A stretch of 64,000 nt of DNA, taken from positions 230 to 64,229 of the forward strand of contig PMIP01000043.1 in the NCBI GenBank assembly GCA_003158295.1. The letters run 5' to 3'. Below are positions 42,239-50,416 of this stretch, piece by piece; within the stretch, counting starts at the first letter, position 1, and every line of letters starts with the position of its first letter. The notes under the pieces are model-generated. The model searched no databases and was not told the origin of the DNA. It worked only from the letters and a program-made list of their open reading frames with translations. The position numbers were made by a program, and so were the translations under genes. The DNA comes from Chloroflexota bacterium. GTDB taxonomy: Bacteria > Chloroflexota > Limnocylindria > Limnocylindrales > CSP1-4.

Positions 42239-44950
42239 ATGAGGATCACCCGTGTGCAACTGCGCCAACTGGGCCGGCACCGCGATCTCGACATCGAGCT
42301 GGCGCCGGGCTTCACCATAATCCGAGGGCCGAACGAGGCGGGCAAGTCGACCATCCAGCGAGGCCTGGAGCTGGCCCTCTTCTGCAAGCCGACGGCGGCC
42401 ACGGCAGAACTCGGGGCGCTGCGGTCGTGGGGAGCCCCGGAGGATGGTCGCTCGTTCACGCGAATCGAGTTCGTCGTAGACGAGGAGAATGGCTCGACTG
42501 AAGAAGGCGGTCCGCGTCGGGGCGAGCTGGAGAAGGAGTTCCGTGGCCAGCGGGGGCGGGTCATGCTCCAGTACGACGGCGAGACGTACTCCGATCCGGC
42601 CCGAGCGGAGGAGGTCATCGCCGGCCTGACCGGCATTCCGAGCGAAGCCTTCTTCCGATCCACGGCTTCGATCCGCCACCAGGAGCTCGAGGATCTGGAC
42701 CGCGACGAAGGCGCCCTGCGCGACCGCCTGCAGGCGAGCATAGGCGGCGGCGACAAGGGATCGTCCCGAGCCAAGTCCCGAATCGACGACGCCATCCGCG
42801 CCCTCAAGTCACGGGGCGACAAGAACCCGGGACGGCTCAAGATCGCCGAGGAAGCCGTTGCGCGAGCCGAGGTGGCCCTCAAGAACGGTGAGACCTCGCT
42901 GCAGAAACTTGAGGCCGATCGAGACGCCTTGGCCCAAGCCCGGGACGCTCGAGTCCGCTCGGAGAAGTCCCTGTCCGAGAGCCGCAACATGCTCGAAGGC
43001 GCTCGCCAGGCCGAGAGGCTGAGGACCGACAGGGCCGTTATCGCCGAGCGCTTCGAGCGTCTGCGCCAGGCATCCGAGGCGCAGCAGCGCCTCACGGATC
43101 TCGAGGCCGCACCAGACCGGCCCATGGCGTCGCTTCGCGACCAGCTCGACCGGATGCGGACGCTTCAGAGCCGGGTCACGGTGCTACAGGAAGCAATGCG
43201 CGCCGAGACCGCCCCCGAGGTCGAGCCCGATGAACCGGAACCGAGCTTCATCAGCGAAGGCGTCGTGACCGGCGCCATCGGTGCCGTGGCGGTCCTCGCG
43301 ATCGTCTTTGGGTCCGCCAGGGCGCTGCTGCCGGCCATCCTGTTGGGGATCGTCGCGGTGGGCTTCGCCGTCATCGAGGGGATGCGCTTCTGGGAGCGTC
43401 GGTCCGTGGCGATGAACGTGCGGCACATCAACCAGGTCCGCGAGCGCGATCGCGCGGTCCGGCGGCAGAGCCGAGTCGGGACGGAAGAGGGACTCCGTGT
43501 CGCGCAGTCCGGGGTGCAGAACATCCTGCGCGAGCTCGGCGCCCCCGACGTCGAGGCTGCCGAGCGTCTTCTCACGGCAGAGCAGGCCCGCCGGCAGGAG
43601 GTCGCCACCCTCCAGGTCCAGGCCTCGGCGCTGCTAGCGGGCCAGAGCCCGGGCGTGGCTTCGGAACTTCGCGACAAGGCCGCCCTCGAGCTCGAGCAGA
43701 AGACGGCGGCGCTGAACGCCCTGGGCCCGCTGGCGACTGACGCGCGAGCGAGGGAGCGGCTCGAGGCCGAGGTGCGCGATCGTCATGCGGCGCTCGAGCG
43801 CGCTCGCGATGCGGAAGCCGGGGCCATCGCCCGCCTCGACGCAAATCCAGTCGACTCGGAGCAGGTAGCCGGCGAAGCCGAACGACTCGTGACCTGGCGC
43901 GACCAGCTCACCGCCCTCAAGCGGAGAGTCCGCATATACGAGATGACACTGGCGGCGATCCAGGCGGCCGAGAGCATGACGATGAAGAAGGCAACTCGCT
44001 TCCTGGAGCAACAGGTGGGCCGCGACATCGCCCGGCTGACCGGCGGTCGGTACCGGCGGGTAAGCATCGACGACCAGACCCTCGACATCCAGGTTTGGGC
44101 TCCGGAGCGAGGCGACTGGGTCCAGGCGAGCCAGCTGAGCAAGGGCACGGTCGATCAGGTCTTCCTGGCGGCTCGGATCGGGCTGGTGCGACTCGTCACC
44201 CAGGATCGCCGGCCGCCCCTGATCCTCGACGATCCGTTCGTCACCTTCGACGACACACGGGCAGCGCGAGCGGCGCTGCTCCTGCGAGAACTATCGTCGG
44301 ACTTCCAGGTCATCTACCTGGCCTGCTCGAATCGTTACGACGGTCTGGCCGACTCGGTCGTTGAGCTGCCCGGCCCGACGGAGGCCGAATCGGCTGCGGC
44401 CGCGCCTGCGGGGTCGCCGCGGAGGAGAGCGGCCGCGGAGTCGGCACCTGCTCCCGCCGCGAAGTCGGCACCTGCTCCCGCCGTGGAGTCGGCAGAGGTT
44501 CCGGCCGTGGAGTCGGCACCTGCTCCCGCCGTGGAGTCGGCAGAGGTTCCGGCCGCGGAGTCGGCACCTGCTCCGGCCGCGGAGTCGGCAGATCAGCCCG
44601 AGCCTGCCCCGGACCGCTCAGCCGCAGCGGCCGGGCGGACTTCCGCAGGAGCAAAGATCGTGGCCTTCCCCGGATCAATGGCTGGGAGCGGTGAATCGGA
44701 GGCAGGGACGCCGGTCGACGCCGATGAGTCGCCCGCCGCCGACGCCGAGGAGTCGCCCGCCGCCGACGCCGAAACGGAGCAGGTCGAGGACGACGAGGAC
44801 GGACTCATCCAGCTGCAAACGGCAATCCCCACGGACGAGGAGATCGCGCCCGACGCCGACCCGGACGCCTCTGCGAGCGGGGTCGAGGTCCACCCGGAAA
44901 CGCGCTCGGTGACGTCAACGCCGGCCGACGGAGAGCAGCCCGAGGCTTAG
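42239..44950 (+). CDS. SbcC/Rad50-like AAA ATPase (YhaN-type) with a central hydrophobic hairpin and a repeat-rich acidic tail
   Basis: Walker A GPNEAGKST, long coiled coils, C-terminal signature/Walker B LSKGTVDQVFLAARIGL...PPLILDDPFVTFD. There are two hydrophobic segments near residue 350 (VVTGAIGAVAVLAIVFGSARALLPAILLGIVAVGFAVIEG). Confidence 0.85.
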   Translation: MRITRVQLRQLGRHRDLDIELAPGFTIIRGPNEAGKSTIQRGLELALFCKPTAATAELGALRSWGAPEDGRSFTRIEFVVDEENGSTEEGGPRRGELEKEFRGQRGRVMLQYDGETYSDPARAEEVIAGLTGIPSEAFFRSTASIRHQELEDLDRDEGALRDRLQASIGGGDKGSSRAKSRIDDAIRALKSRGDKNPGRLKIAEEAVARAEVALKNGETSLQKLEADRDALAQARDARVRSEKSLSESRNMLEGARQAERLRTDRAVIAERFERLRQASEAQQRLTDLEAAPDRPMASLRDQLDRMRTLQSRVTVLQEAMRAETAPEVEPDEPEPSFISEGVVTGAIGAVAVLAIVFGSARALLPAILLGIVAVGFAVIEGMRFWERRSVAMNVRHINQVRERDRAVRRQSRVGTEEGLRVAQSGVQNILRELGAPDVEAAERLLTAEQARRQEVATLQVQASALLAGQSPGVASELRDKAALELEQKTAALNALGPLATDARARERLEAEVRDRHAALERARDAEAGAIARLDANPVDSEQVAGEAERLVTWRDQLTALKRRVRIYEMTLAAIQAAESMTMKKATRFLEQQVGRDIARLTGGRYRRVSIDDQTLDIQVWAPERGDWVQASQLSKGTVDQVFLAARIGLVRLVTQDRRPPLILDDPFVTFDDTRAARAALLLRELSSDFQVIYLACSNRYDGLADSVVELPGPTEAESAAAAPAGSPRRRAAAESAPAPAAKSAPAPAVESAEVPAVESAPAPAVESAEVPAAESAPAPAAESADQPEPAPDRSAAAAGRTSAGAKIVAFPGSMAGSGESEAGTPVDADESPAADAEESPAADAETEQVEDDEDGLIQLQTAIPTDEEIAPDADPDASASGVEVHPETRSVTSTPADGEQPEA
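44438..44605. repeat. 24-nt tandem repeat, ~7 units of two alternating types
   Basis: gagtcggcacctgctcccgccg(c/t)g alternates with gagtcggcagaggttccggccg(t/c)g. It encodes in-frame ESAPAPAV/ESAEVPAV octads in the SbcC-like tail. A second 24-nt duplication at 44717-44764 encodes DA(D/E)ESPAA. Confidence 0.9.
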
Positions 44951-45008
44951 GCGGGCGGCAGCCGAGAAGATCCCTCTGGACTCGCCGGCAGGATTGCTCT
45001 GCGCGGAC

Positions 45009-46016
45009 CTACGGGAACGAGATCTGGACGGTCAGGTCCAGGTGTTTGGTGGCGGCGAGGTTGCGCAGCTTGAGCTGATAGGTCTTGGTCGAGTCCACGT
45101 TGTACGCGTACGGCGGGTTGACGAACGCGACCGCCTGGTACTGTCGATCGTCGACCTTTACCGAAGGCGCTGTGGTCACGTCCGCGAGGGTCATGTCCAC
45201 GTCCGCCGCGCCATCGCTCCACGAAGACTGGACGTTGAGGGAGCCCTCGCCGCGGGGCTTGAACGTGGCGGTGAAACCGTTCAGCCCGTCAGCACTCGAG
45301 GTGCCGAGCAGCCGGCCGTGGCTCATCGTGACTTTGACCGCGGAGGTCGGCCAGGTAAGCGTGAAGTCGACGGTTGGCTTGGAGGTGCCGTAGCCGACGA
45401 GGGTCACCTTCCAGTTGTTCTGGGCGCCGGCGTCGCCGCGGGCCTTGGTGTTGCTGGGCAGGTTGCCCACGGTGCACTTGGCCGCACCAGCGTCCACGCT
45501 GATGCACATCCTAGTGGAGGCGCTGGGAGAGGTCTTGGTAACGGCGAAGGAGATCGGGTCGCTGCCGAAGCTGGTGAAGGTGAAGGTTCGGGCTGTCCCG
45601 GTCTTGTCCTTCTCGGAATCGAGCGTCAGGCCGTTGAAGACGACGGTCGCGGGCTTGACGTTCTGGGCGGGGTTGGTACTCGGGCTCGGGGGAGTGCTCG
45701 GGGAGACCGTCAAGGAGCCGGATGAGGAGGGTCCGGCCGTCTTGATCGCTGGCGTCGCGCTGGCGGCGGTGATCGCGCTGGAATCCGGGCCCGTGGAGGC
45801 CTCCGGCGAACCTCGATGGCCCACGATCATCAGGGCGCCCGCGACTCCGATCAGCAGTGCGCACACCACGCCCAGACCGATCGACAAGTTTCTCCAGATC
45901 CTGTCGTCCACCCGGCTCCTCCTGTCCGATCCATCAACCGGTTGGCGATGGACCAGGGAAAGATACCGCCTGCGAGCCGTTGTGGGAAAACCGGCGCGCC
46001 GCGCAAGGTCGGCCAA
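45009..46016 (-). CDS. Membrane-anchored hypothetical protein with a Ser/Thr/Pro linker and a beta-rich extracytoplasmic domain
   Basis: 335 aa with a TM helix (LSIGLGVVCALLIGVAGALMIV), an S/T/P linker and an Arg-poor domain typical of exported proteins. The TTG start is uncertain. Confidence 0.7.
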   Translation of the reverse strand: MADLARRAGFPTTARRRYLSLVHRQPVDGSDRRSRVDDRIWRNLSIGLGVVCALLIGVAGALMIVGHRGSPEASTGPDSSAITAASATPAIKTAGPSSSGSLTVSPSTPPSPSTNPAQNVKPATVVFNGLTLDSEKDKTGTARTFTFTSFGSDPISFAVTKTSPSASTRMCISVDAGAAKCTVGNLPSNTKARGDAGAQNNWKVTLVGYGTSKPTVDFTLTWPTSAVKVTMSHGRLLGTSSADGLNGFTATFKPRGEGSLNVQSSWSDGAADVDMTLADVTTAPSVKVDDRQYQAVAFVNPPYAYNVDSTKTYQLKLRNLAATKHLDLTVQISFP

Positions 46017-46044
46017 GCTGCCGGGTCTCGGTTAGTCTGGCCTC

Positions 46045-47307
46045 GTGAAGGCCCGGCCGTCTCAAGACTGGCACTCCCTCCTTGCCCTCTACTGGATCAC
46101 ATCCTTCGTCGAGGGGCTCGGCGTCTCCCAGATATACGCATTCCTGCCGAATCGCCTGACCGAGGTCGGGGTGCCGAGCGCCGACGTCGACCACCTCGTT
46201 GGCCTGCTGGGATCCCTCTTCTTCCTCTCGGGCCTGCCCTTCATCCCGCTCTGGGGTGTCTGGGCCGACAAGTACAGCCGCAAGGCAGTCATCATCCGCA
46301 GCGCCCTCGTGGAGGCGGTCGTCTTCGGCGTCGTGGCCGCCAGCCAGGCGCCCTGGCAGTTGTTCGTGGGGATGATGCTGGTCGGGTTCCAGCTGGGCAA
46401 CACCGGCGTGATGATGGCCGCCATCCGCGACGTGACGCCCGGCCACCGATTGGGACTGGCCATGGGTCTCTTTGCCGCGAGCAGCCCGCTCGGCTTTGGC
46501 ACCGGGCCGGCGATGGGCAGCTTCATGATCGACCAGCTCCACCTCTCCAGCGGATCCGTCTTTGCCGTCGCCGCATTGTTGTCGATCGGGGTGGCGGTGA
46601 TGCTTGCCATCGGTTCGGCCGAGATCCGGCCGGAAGTCGTGCCCACGGGAAGCGTCGTGCGGCTGGCCTTCGGTGCTGTTCGGGGCGTTATGGCCGACCC
46701 GACGGTCCGCTGGCTCTTCATCGTGTACGGGGTGGTCTTCGTCGGCCGGCAGATGGCCACGCAGTACTTCACCCTCCTCGTGCATGCCGTCGAACACACC
46801 TCTCTCCTGGTGTCAGGCGCGGTTGGATTGATCGGTCTGGCTACCATCGCGGGCGCGGCCCTCTCGCCTGCCGGCGGCTGGATCTCCGACAAGCTGGGGT
46901 TCCGCCAGGTCCTCGTTGGCGCGATCGCGGGGCTGGCCGTGACCTTCGTTGCCCTGGCGCTCGCCCCCAGCGTGGCCTGGCTACTCGTCGCATACGGCGT
47001 GGCCGTCGCGTTCATGACCGTCGTCGGGGCGATGGTCTCGAGCCTGCTGGCGAGCGAGGTGCCGGCCGAGCGGCGCTCGGCGACCCTGAACCTGATCTAC
47101 CTGCCTCTATACGTCGGCGGGATCACCGGCCCGGCAATCGGCGCCGGCGTCGTGGGGGCTGGATTGCGGGCCGTCTTCTACGTTGCCGCCGCAATTCTGG
47201 TGATCGCCCTGATCCTGGCCGTTGCCTTCGCGCGCCGGACCGGTCCGGGGGCGCAAGGCATCGCCGAGGATTCGCCCCCGCCCGAGCCCGCCGATCGCGT
47301 CGTCTGA
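46045..47307 (+). CDS. MFS transporter
   Basis: 420 aa with ~12 TM helices and a loop 2-3 motif (GVWADKYSRKAV). GTG start. Confidence 0.88.
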   Translation: MKARPSQDWHSLLALYWITSFVEGLGVSQIYAFLPNRLTEVGVPSADVDHLVGLLGSLFFLSGLPFIPLWGVWADKYSRKAVIIRSALVEAVVFGVVAASQAPWQLFVGMMLVGFQLGNTGVMMAAIRDVTPGHRLGLAMGLFAASSPLGFGTGPAMGSFMIDQLHLSSGSVFAVAALLSIGVAVMLAIGSAEIRPEVVPTGSVVRLAFGAVRGVMADPTVRWLFIVYGVVFVGRQMATQYFTLLVHAVEHTSLLVSGAVGLIGLATIAGAALSPAGGWISDKLGFRQVLVGAIAGLAVTFVALALAPSVAWLLVAYGVAVAFMTVVGAMVSSLLASEVPAERRSATLNLIYLPLYVGGITGPAIGAGVVGAGLRAVFYVAAAILVIALILAVAFARRTGPGAQGIAEDSPPPEPADRVV

Positions 47308-47332
47308 GGCGGCCGCGTCGATCGCCGCAGGA

Positions 47333-48547
47333 CTAGCGTCCGCCGAGGGACGGGACGTCCATCTCGGCCGGGCCGACGTACCGGGCGTCCGGCCGGATCA
47401 GCTTGTCGGCCGAGGCCTGCTCGATGGCGTGAGCGCTCCAGCCGGCCATTCGGGCCAGGGCGAACGTTGGCGGGAAGAGGTCGACCGGGAGGCCGACGCC
47501 CTGCAGCACCGCCGCGGCGTAGTACTCCACGTTGGTCTTGATGACGCGATCCGGCTTGAGCTCGCCGAAGACGCGCAGGACCACGTCCTCGACCTTGACC
47601 GCGACGTCGAGCCACTCGGCCATGTCGGACATTCCTTCTGCGACCTTGCGGAGGGCGGCGGCGCGGGGGTCGTATGCACGATAGACACGGTGGCCGAAGC
47701 CCATGATCTTGTCGCCCCGGGCGATCGCCTCGCGGACCCACTTCTCGGCACGATCCGGGGAGCCGATCTCGTGAAGCTGGCTCACCACCTCGGCCGGAGC
47801 CCCGCCGTGGAGCGGTCCCTTGAGCGCGCCGATGGCGCCGCAGACGGCGCTGGCCAGGTCGGACCGGGTGGAGATGATGACGCGGCAGGTGAAGGTGGAA
47901 GCGTTCAGGCCGTGCTCCGCGCCCACGATGAAGTAGGCATCCAGGGCGCGCGCCGAGGCTGGGTCCGGGTCCGTGCCGGTGAGCTGCTGCAGGAAGCCGC
48001 CGGCCAGAGAGAGCTTGGTATTCGGCGGGACGGGCTCCATGCCGTTGCGGAGGCGGTGGAAGGCGGCCAGGGCCGAGGGTGCCATGGCCGTCAGCTCTCG
48101 GGCCTGGTCCACGGTCGGCGGCCAGTGCGGCCGGCGCCACGCTCCCCAAACGCTGACGGCGGTTCGGAGCGCATCCATCGGGTGCGTGTGGCTCGGCAGC
48201 TCATAGAGCGCGCACATGACCGGCTCGGGGACAGGGGTAGGGACGAGCTTTGCGGTCTTGCGCCACTCGCCGGTCCACAGGAGCTCGGCGACGCGGCCGT
48301 AAGTGCCTTTCTCGACCAGCTGCCCGATGGGGTAGCCGCGATACAGGAGTCGGCCGTTCGCCCCGTCCACGAAGCCCACCGCGGTTTCAGCGGCGATGAT
48401 CCCTTCCAGGCCCGGCGAGTACGGCCTCTCGGCCGTCGAGGCTTTCGGCGCGGCGATCACCGCGCTGCCGTCAGTCTCCGCCCGTGGAGCCGCCGCCGGC
48501 GCTGGTGGGCGCGACGTCTCGGTCGAGTCGATGTTGCTGGTCGTCAT
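47333..48547 (-). CDS. Citrate synthase / 2-methylcitrate synthase family
   Basis: ATG 48547 lies after AAGGAGG. LLYRGYPI, and the catalytic regions HGGA and GFGHRVYRAYDPRA. Confidence 0.92.
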   Translation of the reverse strand: MTTSNIDSTETSRPPAPAAAPRAETDGSAVIAAPKASTAERPYSPGLEGIIAAETAVGFVDGANGRLLYRGYPIGQLVEKGTYGRVAELLWTGEWRKTAKLVPTPVPEPVMCALYELPSHTHPMDALRTAVSVWGAWRRPHWPPTVDQARELTAMAPSALAAFHRLRNGMEPVPPNTKLSLAGGFLQQLTGTDPDPASARALDAYFIVGAEHGLNASTFTCRVIISTRSDLASAVCGAIGALKGPLHGGAPAEVVSQLHEIGSPDRAEKWVREAIARGDKIMGFGHRVYRAYDPRAAALRKVAEGMSDMAEWLDVAVKVEDVVLRVFGELKPDRVIKTNVEYYAAAVLQGVGLPVDLFPPTFALARMAGWSAHAIEQASADKLIRPDARYVGPAEMDVPSLGGR

Positions 48548-48740
48548 CGTCGCCCTCCTTGGGGGCTGGGTGTGCGAGCGATGTCGTGCCGCCGAGCTTG
48601 CATCTGGCCCGGGCGACCGGACGTGTGGCTGGCATCCTACCGCGATCGCGGGAACCGGCGCAGGTCTCGTCGAAATCGGTTCAGCCTGGCGAAACGGGTA
48701 GGCTCGTGGTGGTCCGGATTCCACCAGCCGTCACCGGGTT

Positions 48741-49010
48741 TCAGCGCTCTCTTCGATGATCGCCGCCCTCCATGGCGTTCAGGATCAGGCGCAGGACGAC
48801 GGCGCCCAGGAATGCGACGGCGAGAGCCCCCAGAAAGCCGCTCGTGGAACCCCAGTGCAACTCCTCGGTGGCGAACCAGCCGCCCAGGAGACCGCCCAGG
48901 ATGCCGATGATCGTGTTGCCGATGCACCCCTCGGGACCGCCTCGCTTGACTGCCGCGCTCGAAAGGGCGCCGGCGAGGAACCCGACCACAATCCAACCGA
49001 GCACTTCCAT
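48741..49010 (-). CDS. GlsB/YeaQ/YmgE-family (transglycosylase-associated) small membrane protein
   Basis: MEVLGWIVVGFLAGALSS...IGILGGLLGGWF...LGALAVAFLGAVVL. The start is ATG 49010 or 49034. Confidence 0.8.
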   Translation of the reverse strand: MEVLGWIVVGFLAGALSSAAVKRGGPEGCIGNTIIGILGGLLGGWFATEELHWGSTSGFLGALAVAFLGAVVLRLILNAMEGGDHRRER

Positions 49011-49158
49011 GTGTGGCACGGGCCGCTTCTCCATTCATCATTCATCGCGAGTCGGGCGACCAAGACAGAGGCCCGACAGTCGCAGTGGATGATACCGACG
49101 GAGACCGAAGGTCGCGGCCCGGCCGCAGGTTCGCGCCGCCGCTCCCGGACCTGGATGA

Positions 49159-49407
49159 CTAGAAGGCGTCCTTCCAGGCCGGCATCGTCTTCAGGTAGGC
49201 GATCGCCTTTTCCTTGGCCGCTGCATAGTCGAGGCTTTCCTGGCGCATCGTCCACTGCGTGAATCGCTCGAGTGTCTCATCGGCCGGCTGGAGCTTGCCG
49301 TCCGGGGCGCAGTATCCGCAGTAGGGGAGAGCGGCATCGGCCAGAGCGTGATCCTCGGCGCCGGCCAGGGGCATGCCGCAGGATTCGCAGGTGAGGGCGG
49401 TCGTCAT
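49159..49407 (-). CDS. Small zinc-ribbon protein
   Basis: 82 aa: MTTALTCESCGMPL...LPYCGYCAPDG. It lies 12 nt downstream of the marR stop, so it is probably co-transcribed. Confidence 0.7.
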   Translation of the reverse strand: MTTALTCESCGMPLAGAEDHALADAALPYCGYCAPDGKLQPADETLERFTQWTMRQESLDYAAAKEKAIAYLKTMPAWKDAF

Positions 49408-49419
49408 CGGAGGGTCCTT

Positions 49420-50016
49420 TCAGCTAGGTGCGTGCCCGACCCCGTCGGCGGGGTCGGGATGCGATTGACTCAGGTCGGATCCGGCCTTTGCGAGCAACTC
49501 GAATCCGCGGACTACGGCTGCCCGATCGGCCGGCGACAGGGTTGTCATGACGTCCTCGATCAGGTCCGGGGCCAGCACCTGACCCACGCGCGAAACGACG
49601 TCGCGGCCGGCATCAGTCAGCCAGACCAGGACCCGTCGCTCGTCGCGCTCGTCGCGGATCCGGGCTACAAGCCCCTTTACCTCCAGGCGTTGCAGCAACT
49701 CCGAAACCGAATTGCGGCGCAGCCGCAGATGCTCGGCTTGCTCTCCGACGGTCAGCGGACCGCTCGCCGCGAGGTGCTGCAGCACCTCCAGCGCTCGACG
49801 CGTGACCGGCAGGTCGGCGCCCCGAACCCGCTGGGCCCAGTGGTAGCGTCTAAAGACCTCCGGGAAGAGCCGGGCGACCCGCCTGGCGGCCTCCTCGGCG
49901 GTGAGCTCGGCGGGTCCGGTCGCGGGCTCGGCCTGGGGGGTCACCAGGGGGGTGTCGCTTGGCGCCGGGCGGTCCCTTTCGCCGGGTTCTGGCCTGGGTC
50001 CAGTCGTGACGATCAT
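49420..50016 (-). CDS. MarR-family transcriptional regulator
   Basis: 198 aa with a winged-helix region LTVGEQAEHLRLRRNSVSELLQRLEVKGLVARIRDERDERRVLV. Confidence 0.88.
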   Translation of the reverse strand: MIVTTGPRPEPGERDRPAPSDTPLVTPQAEPATGPAELTAEEAARRVARLFPEVFRRYHWAQRVRGADLPVTRRALEVLQHLAASGPLTVGEQAEHLRLRRNSVSELLQRLEVKGLVARIRDERDERRVLVWLTDAGRDVVSRVGQVLAPDLIEDVMTTLSPADRAAVVRGFELLAKAGSDLSQSHPDPADGVGHAPS

Positions 50017-50025
50017 GTCGGAGCG

Positions 50026-50054
50026 ACTATCTCCGGGCCGGCGGATCGCGTCAA
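50026..50054 (-). promoter_or_regulatory. Candidate marR promoter TTGACG-N17-GATAGT, ending 9 nt before the ATG
   Basis: The minus strand reads CCGTTGACG-cgatccgccggcccgga-GATAGT-cgctccgac-ATG. There is no Shine-Dalgarno sequence, so the transcript may be leaderless. Confidence 0.4.
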
Positions 50055-50107
50055 CGGATCCGGTCGGTCGCTACGACATATTCGGCCGCCCGCGCCCCGA
50101 TATCGGC

Positions 50108-50151
50108 GGTCGGTCGGCGCGCGAAATGCGGTCGGTCCGCGCGCGAAATAC
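50108..50151. repeat. Tandem 22-nt direct repeat in the marR/MCP intergenic region
   Basis: ggtcggtcggcgcgcgaaatgc / ggtcggtccgcgcgcgaaatac (20/22 identical). Confidence 0.85.
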
Positions 50152-50164
50152 TGCATTTGCAGTA
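50149..50164. promoter_or_regulatory. 16-bp palindrome TACTGCA-TT-TGCAGTA (candidate operator)
   Basis: Perfect 7-bp arms that overlap the end of the second 22-nt repeat. Confidence 0.4.
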
Positions 50165-50416
50165 GGCATCCGGTCAACACTCCTGCCGATACCTCAACCC
50201 GAGGCCAACTCGCGTTCTGTCCATGTGTGCGGAACGTGCGGGGCCTGACGGCCCGAGAGAAAGTCCGGGCCGTGACCGAGGCCAGGAAGCCAGGACCGAG
50301 ACGATGGACCGAAGTGGAACCGTTCGGCCGGAGAAGGCGAGGCGATGCCGCGTGGCGCCTAAGCGGATGGACGTCGGCCCCTGCCCGGTCCACGAGCCCT
50401 CCGGAGGGCGTGACTG

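Noticed and set aside
44438-44605. Regular short repeats that might suggest a CRISPR array
   Set aside because: The units are contiguous 24-mers without spacers. They are in frame inside the SbcC-like ORF and encode octapeptide repeats, and no cas genes are present. The same reasoning applies to the 21-nt repeat at 25718-25801 and the 36-nt repeat at 1228-1299.
40930-44950. SbcD/SbcC-like pair as a dedicated anti-phage defence island
   Set aside because: No additional defence-type partners (helicase, HNH, TIR, methylase), mobile-element genes or compositional break are visible. The architecture matches the housekeeping YhaO/YhaN-type repair pair better. It is still reported for its unusual features.
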